From positions 89,383,691 through 89,447,690 of the forward strand of contig NC_090387.1 in the NCBI RefSeq assembly GCF_036365525.1: a stretch of DNA of 64,000 bases. The letters are read 5' to 3'. The notes under the pieces were generated by a model that was given only the letters and a program-made list of their open reading frames with translations, ran no database searches and had not been told where the DNA came from. The stretch comes from Heterodontus francisci (Eukaryota). The translations under genes and the position numbers were made by a program. Shown one piece after another: positions 49,401 to 60,359 of this stretch (positions are counted from its first letter, which is position 1; each line of letters opens with the position of its first letter).

Positions 49401-50557
49401 TGAACATAAGAACTGATGAGAAAATATAATTTACCAAACTAGAGGGACACTGGTGCCAAGGTCCAGTATGATACCTTATTTACAGGAGGTGAAAATCATG
49501 AAGACAAATGGGACGGGAGGCTGAAGCTACAGAATGTAAAATTTAACTGTTAGTAATATGCCCTTTCAAAGATCCTGACATATAGATTATTAAATTAGAG
49601 CTAGGGAAATCTGAATCCAGATAGAAAGTCAGTCTCGCGTAACGGAGACAAAATAAATCTCAAATAGGGCAATATCTGTGCTCACAGCGGCAGATCCGCG
49701 CTTGTATCTAACACTGTAGAGATATACACCTCCGTAAATGATACTGCAATTTTAACTTCAATAGTTTTCTGTATGCCGTTTACTGTGTATTTTGGGAATC
49801 AAGCAACTAAGAGATAATGCTTGGCTTGATCAATATTGCTGAAATATTCTGAAGCACATCAAAAAATAATTGCAGCCGTCACAGGTGCAATTTGAATGTA
49901 TGCATGCTAAAACAATGGAATTTAATTTGCGATGTGAATCCTTCGAAGCACAATCAATAAATGTTCCGAATTGTGAAATATTACAGTTACAGGGATCTCA
50001 TTCGTTGTTTTTATACTTACCCGTTACAACTAAATTGGATCCCGTTCCGTTTCCAACTATTTTGCCTCGATGAGTGACAGTGCAATAGTATGCTCCTGCG
50101 TCTTGTACACTCACATTGATTATCCAAAGAACGGCTTTGAATCCAGTCTTAACGCTAATTAATTTTCTGTCATCCTGTCCTGTGCTTAGATATTGATTAT
50201 CACCCTCCTTCCACCAGTAGACATTCACAGCTGGGCCGTCTTGAAACATGGGAAGCGTGCAGCGAAAGGAAACATTTCTTCCCGGGTTTGTGCTCGTACT
50301 CTCAGGGTACTGATTCACTTTGACTGAAGTTTCGCCGCAAGCTATCGGAAAAGATGATAATAAGATAGTATTACAGAAGGAAAAGCGCGAGAATAAGGGA
50401 ATCAGGGAATATGTACAAAGGAAAATGAAACATTTTATATCAAAGGAAGGCTAAATAAATGCCAGATTTAACGAGAAATTAAGGTATAGAGGGAACTGTT
50501 ACCTGTAAATATGATCCCCAAAACAGAGAGGCACTGAAGTACAACACTCGCTAACAT
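37321..50557 (-). CDS. Complete VJ-C1-TM-ITIM/ITSM immunoglobulin-superfamily receptor, copy B (SIRP-like tail, NKp30-like V), ~374 aa; exons 50557-50503, 50341-50021, 48990-48679, 46978-46868, 45261-45218, 38434-38321, 37488-37321
   Basis: All introns are GT-AG with compatible phases (1,1,1,1,0,0). The summed CDS of 1125 nt is open from ATG to TGA. Domain motifs are recognisable in each exon. The five exons from C1 onward have identical lengths in the inverted paralog. Confidence 0.88.
37807..37951 (+). mobile_element. Penelope-like 3' terminal fragment with hammerhead motif, right arm only
   Basis: 15-bp TSD tagggataactccct 37792-37806/37952-37966; empty site ~10023-10039; same family as 18535-18652, 58040-58080 and 59375-59507. 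Confidence 0.75.
38321..38434 (-). CDS. Copy B exon 6: cytoplasmic repeat-1 exon TMQGTADVMAPYAELEIMNPLKTPRPKHQERTAHVQVG
   Basis: tgtccttcag| acceptor, ggg|gtgagt donor (alternative in-frame cag|gtaggg 6 nt earlier), phase 0-0, YxxL motif, homologous to the last exon. Confidence 0.72.
39821..41410 (+). mobile_element. Young 5'-truncated CR1, right arm only
   Basis: KSPGPDGMHPR, YLDFQKAFDKVPH, KFADDTK; (ttcttatg)n tail; empty site ~8150-8165. Confidence 0.93.
42241..42575 (+). mobile_element. V-SINE, right arm only
   Basis: Family match, (taaa)n tail; absent at ~7255-7295. Confidence 0.8.
45218..45261 (-). CDS. Copy B exon 5: short cytoplasmic exon GVKNDGERANSPEQQ
   Basis: cattaccag| acceptor, cag|gtaggt donor, 44 bp phase 1-0, conserved in paralog. 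Confidence 0.8.
45549..45866 (+). mobile_element. V-SINE, right arm only
   Basis: ggcggcacagtggcgcagtggttagc head; absent at ~3540. Confidence 0.82.
46868..46978 (-). CDS. Copy B exon 4: transmembrane exon GGENNHYLLISASAGGVVVLLVIGLIIAKRCVAKKNN
   Basis: 111-bp phase 1-1 exon, hydrophobic span followed by basic stop-transfer residues; AG/GT sites. Confidence 0.9.
48679..48990 (-). CDS. Copy B exon 3: C1-set Ig domain
   Basis: [46 protein letters not shown] (C1 hallmarks FYP, WxKDG, NxDGxY, YxCxVxH); 312 bp, phase 1-1. Confidence 0.95.
50021..50341 (-). CDS. Copy B exon 2: V-set Ig domain with germline-joined J-like G strand
   Basis: VKVNQYP..GRNVSFRC..VYWWK..LWIINVSVQDAGAYYC..GNGTGSNLVVT: canonical Cys/Trp/DxGxYYC. 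Acceptor ccgatag|, donor g|gtaagt; 321 bp, phase 1-1. Confidence 0.95.
50503..50557 (-). CDS. Copy B exon 1: signal peptide MLASVVLQCLSVLGIIFT
   Basis: ATG at 50557-50555, hydrophobic 18-aa leader, phase-1 donor ACAG|GTAACA; continues into (A)CG-ETSVKV of the V exon, a typical IgSF leader split. Confidence 0.85.
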
Positions 50558-50747
50558 TCTGAATCACTTGATCACTCGGAACGACAGACCATGAAGTGGC
50601 TGATGGTTTGTAAGAACGCCGAAGGGTCGGAGTGCGACAAACACCTCAAAGAAGCGTAACATCCTGTGTATGGGTTCAGAAAATATTTTGGTTGTCCCTT
50701 TGCTAAAACAGTTGTAAATCCGCCAGAAGAGGGCGCCGCTCGCAATA

Positions 50748-53000
50748 TTTTCATGGGATGTGGGCATTGCTGGGAAGGCCAGCATTTTTTACCATCCCTA
50801 ATTGCCATTGAGAAGGTGGTGGTGGCATGTTCTTGAACCGCTGCTGTCCATCGGGCACGGGTACACCCACAGTTCTGTTAGGAAGGGAATTCAAGGGTTG
50901 TCATCCAGCAACAGTGAAGGAACGATATCGCCCCAAGTCAGGATGGTGTGTGGTTTGGAGGGGAACGTGCTCCCATGCAACTTTAGTTTAGTTTAGTGAT
51001 ACAGCACTGAAACAGGCCCTTCGGCCCACCGAGTCTGTGCCGACCATCAACCACCCATTTATACTAATCCTACACTAATCCCATATTCCTACCACATCCC
51101 CACCTGTCCCTATATTTCCCGACCACCCACCTATACTAGGGGCAATTTATCATGGCCAATTTAACTACCAACCTCTGGAGCACCCGGAGAAAACCCACGC
51201 AGACACAGGGAGAACTTGCAAACTCCACACAGACAGTACCCAGAATTGAACCCGGGTCGCTGGAGCTGTGAGGCTGCGATGCTAACCACTGCACCTCTGT
51301 GCCGCCTGTCTTTCTAAGAGGAAGAGGTCACTGGTTTGAAAGGTACTGTGGAAGGAGCCTTGGTGTGTTGCTGCAGTTCATCTTGTATATATTACATACT
51401 GCTGCCACTGTGCGTCAGTGCTGAAGGGAGTGAATGTTTAAGGTGGGATGCTGGTCGAGTGGACAATTTGTCCTGAATGGTGTCGAGCTTTTTGAATGTT
51501 CATGGAGCCACACACATCCAGACAAGTACAGAGAATTCCACGAAACTTGGGCCTTGCAAATGGCGGACAGGCTTTTGGGAGTCCGGAGATCAGTTACGCA
51601 AGGCAGAATTCCCAGTCTCTGACCTGCTCTTGTAGCCATAGTATTTATATGGCTGTTTGAGTTCAGTTTCTGCTCCAAGGTAACCCCCCCCCCCTCCCTC
51701 ACCCCCACCCAGGATGTTGATAGTGGATCATTAAGTAATGATAATGCTGTTGAATATGAAGGGGAGATAGCTAGATGTTCTCTTGTTGGAGATGATCATT
51801 GCCTGTCACTTGTGCGATGTGAAATTTACTTGACACGTATCAGCAGAAGCCTGAATGTTGTCCAGGTCTCACTATGTATGGACATGGGCTGCTTCAGTAT
51901 CTGAGGAGTCGTGAATGGTACTGAACACTGTGCAATCACCAGCGAATATCCCCACTTCTTACCTTATGATTGAAGGGAGGTCATTGATGAAGCAGCTGAA
52001 GATGCTTGGGCCTAGGACACTACCCTGAGGAACTCCTGCAGTGATTTCCTGGAGTTGAGATGAGTGGCCTCCAACAACTGCAACCATCTTCATTTGTGAT
52101 AGATGTGACTCCAACCAGTGGAGAGTTTTCGGTTGATTCCCATTGACTTCAGTTTTGCGCGGGATCTTTGATGCCACACTCTGTCAAAGGCAGTCACTCG
52201 CACGTCCACCTTGAGGTCCAGTCTTTTGTCCATGCTTGGACCAGAGCTGTAATGAGGTCAGGAGCCGAGTAGCCCTGGTAGAACCCAAACTGAGCGCCAG
52301 TGAGCAAATTATTGTTGTTAAAGTGCTGTTTGATAGCACTGCCAATGACACCTCTCGTGACATTGCTGATGATCCAGAAGAGGTTCGTGGGGCCGTAATT
52401 GCCTGTATTGGATTTGTCCAGTTTTTCTTGTGGATAGGACATACCTGGGCAATTTTCCACATTGTCGGTAGATGCCACTTTTGTAGCTGTACTGGAAAAT
52501 CTTGGCTACGGGCTTGGCTAGTTCTGGAGCACAAGTCTTCAGTACTATTGCCGGGATGTTGTCAGGACCTAAAGTCTTTGCAACACCCAGAGGCTTCAGC
52601 TGTTTTTTTTTATATCACGTATGGCTGGCGGGCAGCCGTAAAGACAGGGCTAAAATGTGGCGAGTCGAAGAGACTTAGTAGTTGGCAGGAAAAAAGACAG
52701 AGGCGCAAGGGGAGAGCCAACTGTGCAACTATACCACTGTGCTGCCACCTCTGCAGGGTCTGTCCTGCCGGTGGGACAGGACATGCCCAAGGATGGTGAT
52801 GGCGGTGTCCAGGGCATTGGCTGTAAGATATTATTCTGAGAGTATGACTCTGTCAGGCTGTTGCTTGACCAGTCTGTGGGACAGCTCTACCAATTGCGGC
52901 ACAAGCCCCCAGATGTTAGTAAGGAGGATGCTGCAGGGTTTGGTGTGCCGTTGCCATTTCCGGTTCCTAAGTTGATGCCAGGTGGTCCGCCCGGTTTCAT
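50748..53000 (-). mobile_element. Second-family LINE remnant with nested V-SINE (50982-51306, -) and short RTE piece (~52620-52725)
   Basis: AGVPQGSVLGPSIFSCFINDL, AQFGF motifs; SINE with (ctaaa)n tail. Confidence 0.8.
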
Positions 53001-54599
53001 TACACACAGCAGCTGGACCAGCCTTGCCTCAGGACCTCCTACATGAAGGAAAGCTGTAATGAAAAGGGCATGGACTGGTCCGGAAAGGGTGGATTTCAGG
53101 GCAGTGCGCATAAAATTTCCATGGAGTTCTCTGACAGGAAACAGGCAGACTTCCCGGAAAACGGCGAAAATGGTCCATTCCTGCCGTTACTGGTTTGTGC
53201 AGGGTTTGCGTTCATCGTCCAGAGAAGATATGGCGTGACATTGCGAGATCTGCGCCAACATTCCCCCGCAATGATCTACATCATTTCAACCAAGACAGCA
53301 GAGATGTTTCGAACCGCAGTGTCTGAAATTGTGAAACATTTAAAGCTCTACGGCCCATAAATGTAGTGATACACTCCAGGTCTGCCGCGGTAACTTCAGT
53401 GACTGCTGAAAACCCAACATAAACCACGAGCATGTGTGCAGGACGGCCGTTTATGCTGTTTTCTGTTGCACCTTTTATTTAATAATTGGTAAAAGTATCC
53501 AGATAAACTACCAATAACTATCCAACCAATGCTCAGTGACTCTTACTATTAAAATATCAGCAGCAATGTTTCTCATGTTTCATTCAAACTCGGAAGTAAC
53601 TCAGTGCACAAAGTCGATAACGGATTGGCAGAAGGTGAGCTCATCGATCACAGCATTTAATGGCTTACTGATGCTTCAGACACAGGGGCACAGACATAAA
53701 ATCAGTGTTTACCTACAAAAGGACAAAGGTTTGTCGAAAAATATTCTCGGATCACATGTACAGGGGACAAAGTGACCCACAGATTCCTTGATGTATCTAT
53801 TGATCATGGACAGATGCAGGGAGGGAAGAACTTTGACACAGGTCTGATTGAGAGGGAGAGGGACAATGGAAAGATAGTCACCAGGTTGTCAGTGTGTAAT
53901 GCATCAATCCATCCCCACAGTGAAGTGTATGAAAACCATGTCCCCCAATTTTGCGGTCAGGAACAAAAGAACCGCTCTCGCTTTTCATCACGTTTACAAC
54001 TGTCCACAGAGGTTTCATGAACTTTTGAGCGGCAACTTCGGGTTGCTCGTGATTCTTTACAGTATGCTGCCCTCTACAGTAGATCTGTGGCGTGTGTGAG
54101 CAGGACAAGCAACAGTGTGCCTCTTCAACCAATGGCTGAGCCGTGCTGGGCGAGAAATTGGGCTCAAAAACGCCCGCTTTTTGGCCGCTAGGTGCAAAAT
54201 GGCCTCTGCAACACGCGTGCACAAATGTGATGAAAAGCATGTCAAAAACCATCTTGGTGCAGGTGTTAATTTGTACGCAGTGGACGTCTGCCGGAAGTAT
54301 GCAGACCAGGCAGATGCATGTGCGAGTGGTGGATTGATAAAGACATACTCTAGTAGTTTCCCCTCCCTCCGCCTTATCGGTTCCCACACGACCTGCCGCA
54401 GGCTGCCACCTATCCCGGAGCATAGGTAAGATTTCGAGATTTCAGACAGAATCGGAGAGCATTACAGCATCGAAAGAAGCCATTTGGCCCAGCGTGCCTG
54501 TGCAGCCTCTTTGAAAGAGCTGTCCAGTTTATTCCCCATAACTCTGCATATTGGAGCTCAACGGTCCAGCCAATGCCTGCTTTTAGGCATCACACAACT

Positions 54600-57500
54600 A
54601 AACAAACTTTAAGCAGCGGGAAAGCCCCATCCACCAGCACTTTTACATGGATCATCAACTACTTACAAGTTAGTTGCTGCTTGATTTCTTCAGGTTGTTG
54701 CTGCAACTCGAAACCTTCCCCATTTTGTCCATAATTGTTTCAAGCTTCAAGAGTCTGCAGGGAGTGATGTGGCATGTGCTAAAGTACTTAGTACTGAACT
54801 TCAAGACTCCTGTACAAACTTGTAGGCCTTCCTCTTGCAGTAAAGCATGACGGAGCAAATGAGATGAGCCCATGCAGAGCAGGGCAGGCTGCTGGAAAAG
54901 AGAGGAAGAGGAGGGTGGGGGCGAAGGGGTCTCAACAGAAGGCCATACCTGCCCAGAGTGTTCAGAGAGCAATTGTCCTACCTGAACCTCAATCAAAAAC
55001 AGTGCAAGAGCAGTCTAAGGAGGTTCACATTGAAATATGCCAAGTGCTGTAGCCACATTGGCAACAGCTGTGAAGCTGACTATGGCAATCAACTGTTGTA
55101 CATCTGGCTCTTTCCAGGCTGGAGCTGGAGATCTTAGTAAAATGCAATCCACTATTGCATAAGCAAAGTCACTTTCTATTCAAAAATAATTAATTTCATT
55201 TCAGAGGCAAGCTGGCAGAGTGAGCACGAGAGTTTCCAAGAATTACAGGTTTCTCCATGGTGCAGGCTGCCAGTGACTGCAGGCACAACGCTTTGAGATT
55301 CCGGTCCCTCAATGTTGAGCTGGTGTCTGCTCAGAAGTTGTGCATCATGTATGTCAATGCCCGGGATCCTAGCAGCAGCAATAATGTCTTCATTCGATGG
55401 CAATCTATTGTGTCAGGTATATTTCAGTCATCAGCAGAAATCAAAGTACGGCTATTGGGTGACCAGAGGTATCTGCTGACGACATGGCTCCTTACTCGGG
55501 TTCACAATACATGCACACTTGTGCAGTGTATATACAAAGACAACCATGCTGCTGCAACAAATCTACTAAAGCAGACCTTTGATGTACTGAAACAACGATT
55601 CCACTGCCTGGTCAGATTTAGAGCAGTATTTGGCTAAGCCGGCTTCCAGATTCATGGTGGTGTGCTGTACACTGCGTATCTTGAGGTGACAGCTCTTGCC
55701 GCCAGCTATCACATGAGAAGTTGAGCAGAAGAATCACGAGGAAAAGAAGGGAGCGGAAAAGTATGAGAAGAGGAAGGGAGACAGCAACCAAGACAGCTTC
55801 ATTCTGCACAGGCTAAACGTGGACAACTCTGATATTGAGAACTGTGATATCTGCGTGTTACCTGTATTTACAACCCCAATTTCTCATCCACCACAGTCCC
55901 ACATTCCATACCTTCAATCCCTCACCGACTGTCACATCATCCTATTGGCCACAACACAAAAATAAAATCCATCACAAAATAAACATTTCTGACCAAATGT
56001 ATAAATGAAGTCATGTAATATTGCACAGAAACTTAAGCTAATCACTCTCGTGCCTTCCCTTAATACTTGTCTTGCAGGTACCTTTACCTGTGCTAGTTCT
56101 CCTACGCAGTGCTTTCTCAATGGCTGGTGAAAGGCTGTTCACCTTGTATGCAGAAGACTGCAATGGCCTTGGAGGACGACCTCGAGCAGCTGTGAGCCTT
56201 GAAGGTGGTACTTCAGGTGGTACCAAATCAGCATGGGTGGCAGAAGCCTGGGCTGGCTGGCAGACAGGCAACAACAAAGGTGACTGAAAGGACGAACGAT
56301 TTCATTCTGAGGAAGAACAGCAGTTCTTGTTCCCTGGAGCCATTGCTTTTTCCCTGGGGTCGTCTCAGCATTCCTAGTAATCTGTTGGAGGAAAGCTTGC
56401 TGGACCACTGTGATATCCTGCAAGAACCTTTCAATGTTGATGGCAGCAGTCTGAGTCTGAGTCTGAGCGTGCATGGTAGCAAGCTGAAATTGCATGGCAT
56501 CGGTCTGAGCTTCCACTGCAACATTCATACTTTTGGTGGAGGCTGCATGTTCTGCAATGGATACTGAAACACGGGCCATCAGACGCTGCATTATTGTTGA
56601 GTCCAGAGTATGCTGATGAAGTTGGCACTATTTCTATGCTGGAAAGTATTGACTCCAAGCTCTGCTCATAGCCCTGTGCCACGTTGGTGCTGGACTCCTC
56701 CATGTTCATTGATATTGAATGCAGGCTTTCTGCTAGACATCCTCGTGCAGCAAACATTCATTGTGTGTACCTACCAACCTCCTTCTGTAGCCTGTCCCAT
56801 CAAAATCTTCATTTGACTGCTTTGCAGTAAATCTCGTATGTGACTTCACCCTCCAGTGAGCTGGCACGTGTGCTATCCTTTTTGCCTGCCATTGCTGGAG
56901 TCCACTTGTGCCCAGTGTCTCTCCATGTGCAGATTTCACTTCTAATTTATCCCCTAGGACTCATGCAATGTCAATATCTAAGCAAGTGACTGTGAATGTG
57001 AAATCTAGTGACCGTACTGTGTCTTCATAATTGCTCTTCTCTAGGTCTTCCAACACTGTGTTGTACCTCTTGGACACCTGAAAGGAAAATGGCACAAAGG
57101 TAAGGCTGTGGTGTAGGGAGGGAGGGAAAACTCAGAGATGCATGGTTACACTATCTGCAGCTTGTAAGTCAGGACAATATGTTTAATGAGGAGGAAGTGG
57201 GATGTGAGGAATATTAAGTATGAGGTATCTTTATTGGTTTCTGCCCAGCTGCTGTCCACGGCCTCAGAAGGGCTGTTGCGATAATGACCTGCGCCATCTC
57301 CTCCACGGGACTTAGAGTATGAAGATGCACCATTCCTTCTCCAGATAGTTCCTGCTGCCTTCGGTTTCTGAGAACCTCGTGAAAGACAGAGTGTGCCAGT
57401 AAATGCCGTGCAATATGTTTAAGTGATGTGGCGCAGACCTGAAAATGATGATTCATTCTGTTTCTCCAGGATGTCCACCGAAATTACGGAAGGAGATTAG

Positions 57501-57670
57501 AACCCCATCAAAATTCAGGACCTCTATCATGAAACGCTTGTCACTCCTTGTCCTGACACTAGCATGTTAGCTCTGCTCCTCCACAGGCTATTCGAACATT
57601 TCTTCCGTTTTTCCCCCTGTGTTAGGGCCTATTGAGGATGGATTTGGCCAAAGAAAATTTGGCCCCGTCA
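54600..57670. mobile_element. Decayed PIF/Harbinger transposon: transposase (+, ~55200-55700) convergent with Myb/SANT-type partner gene (-, ~56050-57390)
   Basis: SLNVELV..VNARDPSSSNNVFI..LLGDQRYLLTTWLLT..LKQTFDVLKQRFHCL resembles the HARBI1 DDE domain; RNRRQQELSGEG..LHTLSPVEE resembles the Harbinger Myb-protein TGGG/LTPxEE motif. Ends uncertain. Confidence 0.7.
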
Positions 57671-58297
57671 GCAGTTCTGTGACTGTATATTTTCTCATCC
57701 TTTCAGACACTAAACAAGAGGCGTAAACCATGGCGGAATTAGAGCGGAATATTCCCGGTCCCAAGGAGACCGGGGCGGATTTCTGAGAAAGACGCGTCGG
57801 GTCAGTGGCCTCACGCGTTCCCACCTCTGGGCGACCTTCCCGGAGGTGGTTCAGCACCTGCAGATGCTACTCGCCTGGTGCAGGTGGATAACAAATCTGC
57901 GTAATTAAATGCTCATTTGTGGGCTGATTGGTGCCGCCGGTGGAATCTTGTTTTTTGTTCTTCTGCGAACCGCCACCCCACCTCCCCCCCTCCCCCTTCC
58001 CCAGACTCTTGCTCAAACCCGATTACATTTCTAACTCCTGCCAGTTCTGCTGAAAGGTCAAAGAGACCTGAAACGTTATAGAAGAATCTGAAATCTGCGG
58101 TATTGCTTAACCAGGGGTCAGTGCAGGTCAGTGAGCAGTTGAATTGGAACTGATGCCAGTCGGGTAACAGGTAGCAGAGATTTGATTGAACTTTAGCTTA
58201 TACAGGATGGCAAATGGAAAGCTGGCCAGAAAGTGTAGGAATAGTCAAGTCTAAAAGGTAACAACAATAAGAAAATAAAATAAAACTTTGCTTCAGC

Positions 58298-59235
58298 GGA
58301 AGTTCGCGGATGACACAAAGATTGGCCGAGTGGTTAACATTGAGGTGGAGTGTCTTGGGTTACAGGAAGATATGGATGGTCAAATGGGCAGAAAAGTGGC
58401 AGATGTAATTTAACAATGTAAAGTGTGAGGTGATACACTTTGGAAGGAGTAATGTGACACGGAAGTATTCAATGAATGGCCTGACACTGGGAAGTTCCGA
58501 GGAACAAAGGGACCTTGGTGTGTTTGTCCATAGATCTCTGAAGGCAGAAGGGCAGGTTAATAGGGTGGTGAAAAAGGCATATAGGACACTTGCCTTTATC
58601 AATCGAGGGATAGATTACAAAAGCAGACAGGTCATGTTGGAGTTGTATAGAACTTTGGTAAGGCCACAGCTGGAGTATTGTGTGCAATTCTGGTCGCCAC
58701 ATTATAGGAAGAATGTGATTGCACTGGAGGGGGTGCAGAGGCGATTCACCAGGATGTTGCCTGGGATGGAACATTTAAGCTATGAAGAGAGGTTGGATAG
58801 GCTTGGGTTGTTTTCACTGGAGCAGAGAAGACTGAGGGGTGACCTGATCGAGGTCTACAAGATTGTGAGGGGCATGAACAGGGTGGATAGGGAGAAGCTG
58901 TTCCCCTTAGTTGAAGGGTCAGTTACGAGCGGTCACAAGTTTAAGGTGAGGGGCAGGAGGTTTAAGGGGGATTTGAGGAAGAACTTTTTTACCCAGAGGG
59001 TGGTGACGGTCTGGAATGCCCTGCCTGGGAGGGTGGTAGAGGCAGGTTGCCTCACATCCTTTACAAAGTATCTGGATGAGCACTTGGCACATCATAACGT
59101 TCAAGGCTATGGGCCAAGTGCTGGCAAATGGGATTAGGTAGACAGGTCAGGTGTTTTAATGCATGGGAGCAGACTCGATGGGCCGTAGGGCATCTTCTGC
59201 ACTGTATTATTCTGTGATTCTGTGATCTGTGATTC
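58298..59235 (+). mobile_element. 5'-truncated CR1
   Basis: KFADDTK start, 235-aa RT C-terminal ORF, (gattctgt)n tail. Confidence 0.93.
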
Positions 59236-59374
59236 AATGCTGATAAAGAAGCAGCAAGGCTGTGCCTTCTACCACCTCATGACGTCTCAAACCACTTTAC
59301 AATCAATAGAATACTTTGAAATGTAGAGAAACACAGCAGCTAATTTAAGCAAAGGAAAGTCATATAAACAACTA

Positions 59375-59507
59375 AAATAAAAGCAAAATACTGCAGATGC
59401 TGGAAATCTGAACACAAAAATGCTGGCATTACTCAGCAGGACTGCCAGCATCTGTGGAGAGAGAAGCAAAGTTAACATTTCAGGTCAGTGACCCTTCATC
59501 AGAACTG
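59375..59507 (-). mobile_element. Penelope-like 3' terminal fragment
   Basis: Reverse complement of the 37807-37951 family. Confidence 0.72.
59470..59506 (-). ncRNA. Minimal type-I hammerhead ribozyme motif
   Basis: agtt-CTGATGA-a-gggtc-act-gacct-GAAA-tg-tt-aact: intact core, stem II and 4-bp stem I; stem-III C->T change. Confidence 0.6.
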
Positions 59508-60359
59508 ATAGCTCGAACATAATGTCTCTCGTTGCTGCTTGTGGGTCCTTGCTGTGTGAAAATTAGCTGTTCTTTTTTCCCTATATTTCAAAGCCATTCA
59601 TTGTGTTTAAAGGGGACTCTCTATATATTTTAAGGGGCAATTAGATTTACGTAAGGAAGAAAAGAATAGAGGGATATGCCGATAGTGTGAGTTGAAGTAC
59701 AGTGGGAGGAGGTTCCGGTAGAGCATAAAGACATACATAGATGCACTGGACCGAATGGACTATTTTTATGCCTTAATTTCTATGTAATTATATGTAACTC
59801 AAATACAGTAATTATCTTTTTTTTTCCCCTCCAGAAATATAGCAGTGTGTCTTTAAGGCAACAAAAGATGAGGACTTATTTAAGGCAGCCAGATTCAGAA
59901 GTTACCGATTGAAAAGGTATCTTAGTTGCCTGAATACAGTCAGACAGAGAGGAAGAGCAGAACATCCAATGTTCCTGTTGACTTTGAAACTGGCTGTCAA
60001 AAAAACTGTTTTGTTCAGAGACTGTTAACACAGCTGCGTGCTAGCAACTGAAGGGAGAAGGGAGATCACCCAGACCATTTAAATTGATGGAAGAGAAGTT
60101 CATTTATTTATTTCTCAAAATTCTAAAAACTTCAAGCCATATTAGCTACTTAAAATAAAATATTTTTTTTGCTGATCTGCTGTGTATTTCACTGGAGAAA
60201 GAAGAGTAACACTTCAACTGCTGAACTGGACTTCTGAATCTCCGAACGTTGAAGATTTTTTTTTTCCCCGCTCAACTTGAACTGTTCTACATTGAAGATT
60301 CCATTTTGTCAGGAACATAAATCCGCAAAGACTCGATTGTTATTTATGTTTTCTTTCAG

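Noticed and set aside
50076-50082. RSS heptamer-like cactgtc just after the V-domain second Cys
   Set aside because: 6/7 match only, no nonamer at 12/23 spacing, and the V-J frame is continuous.
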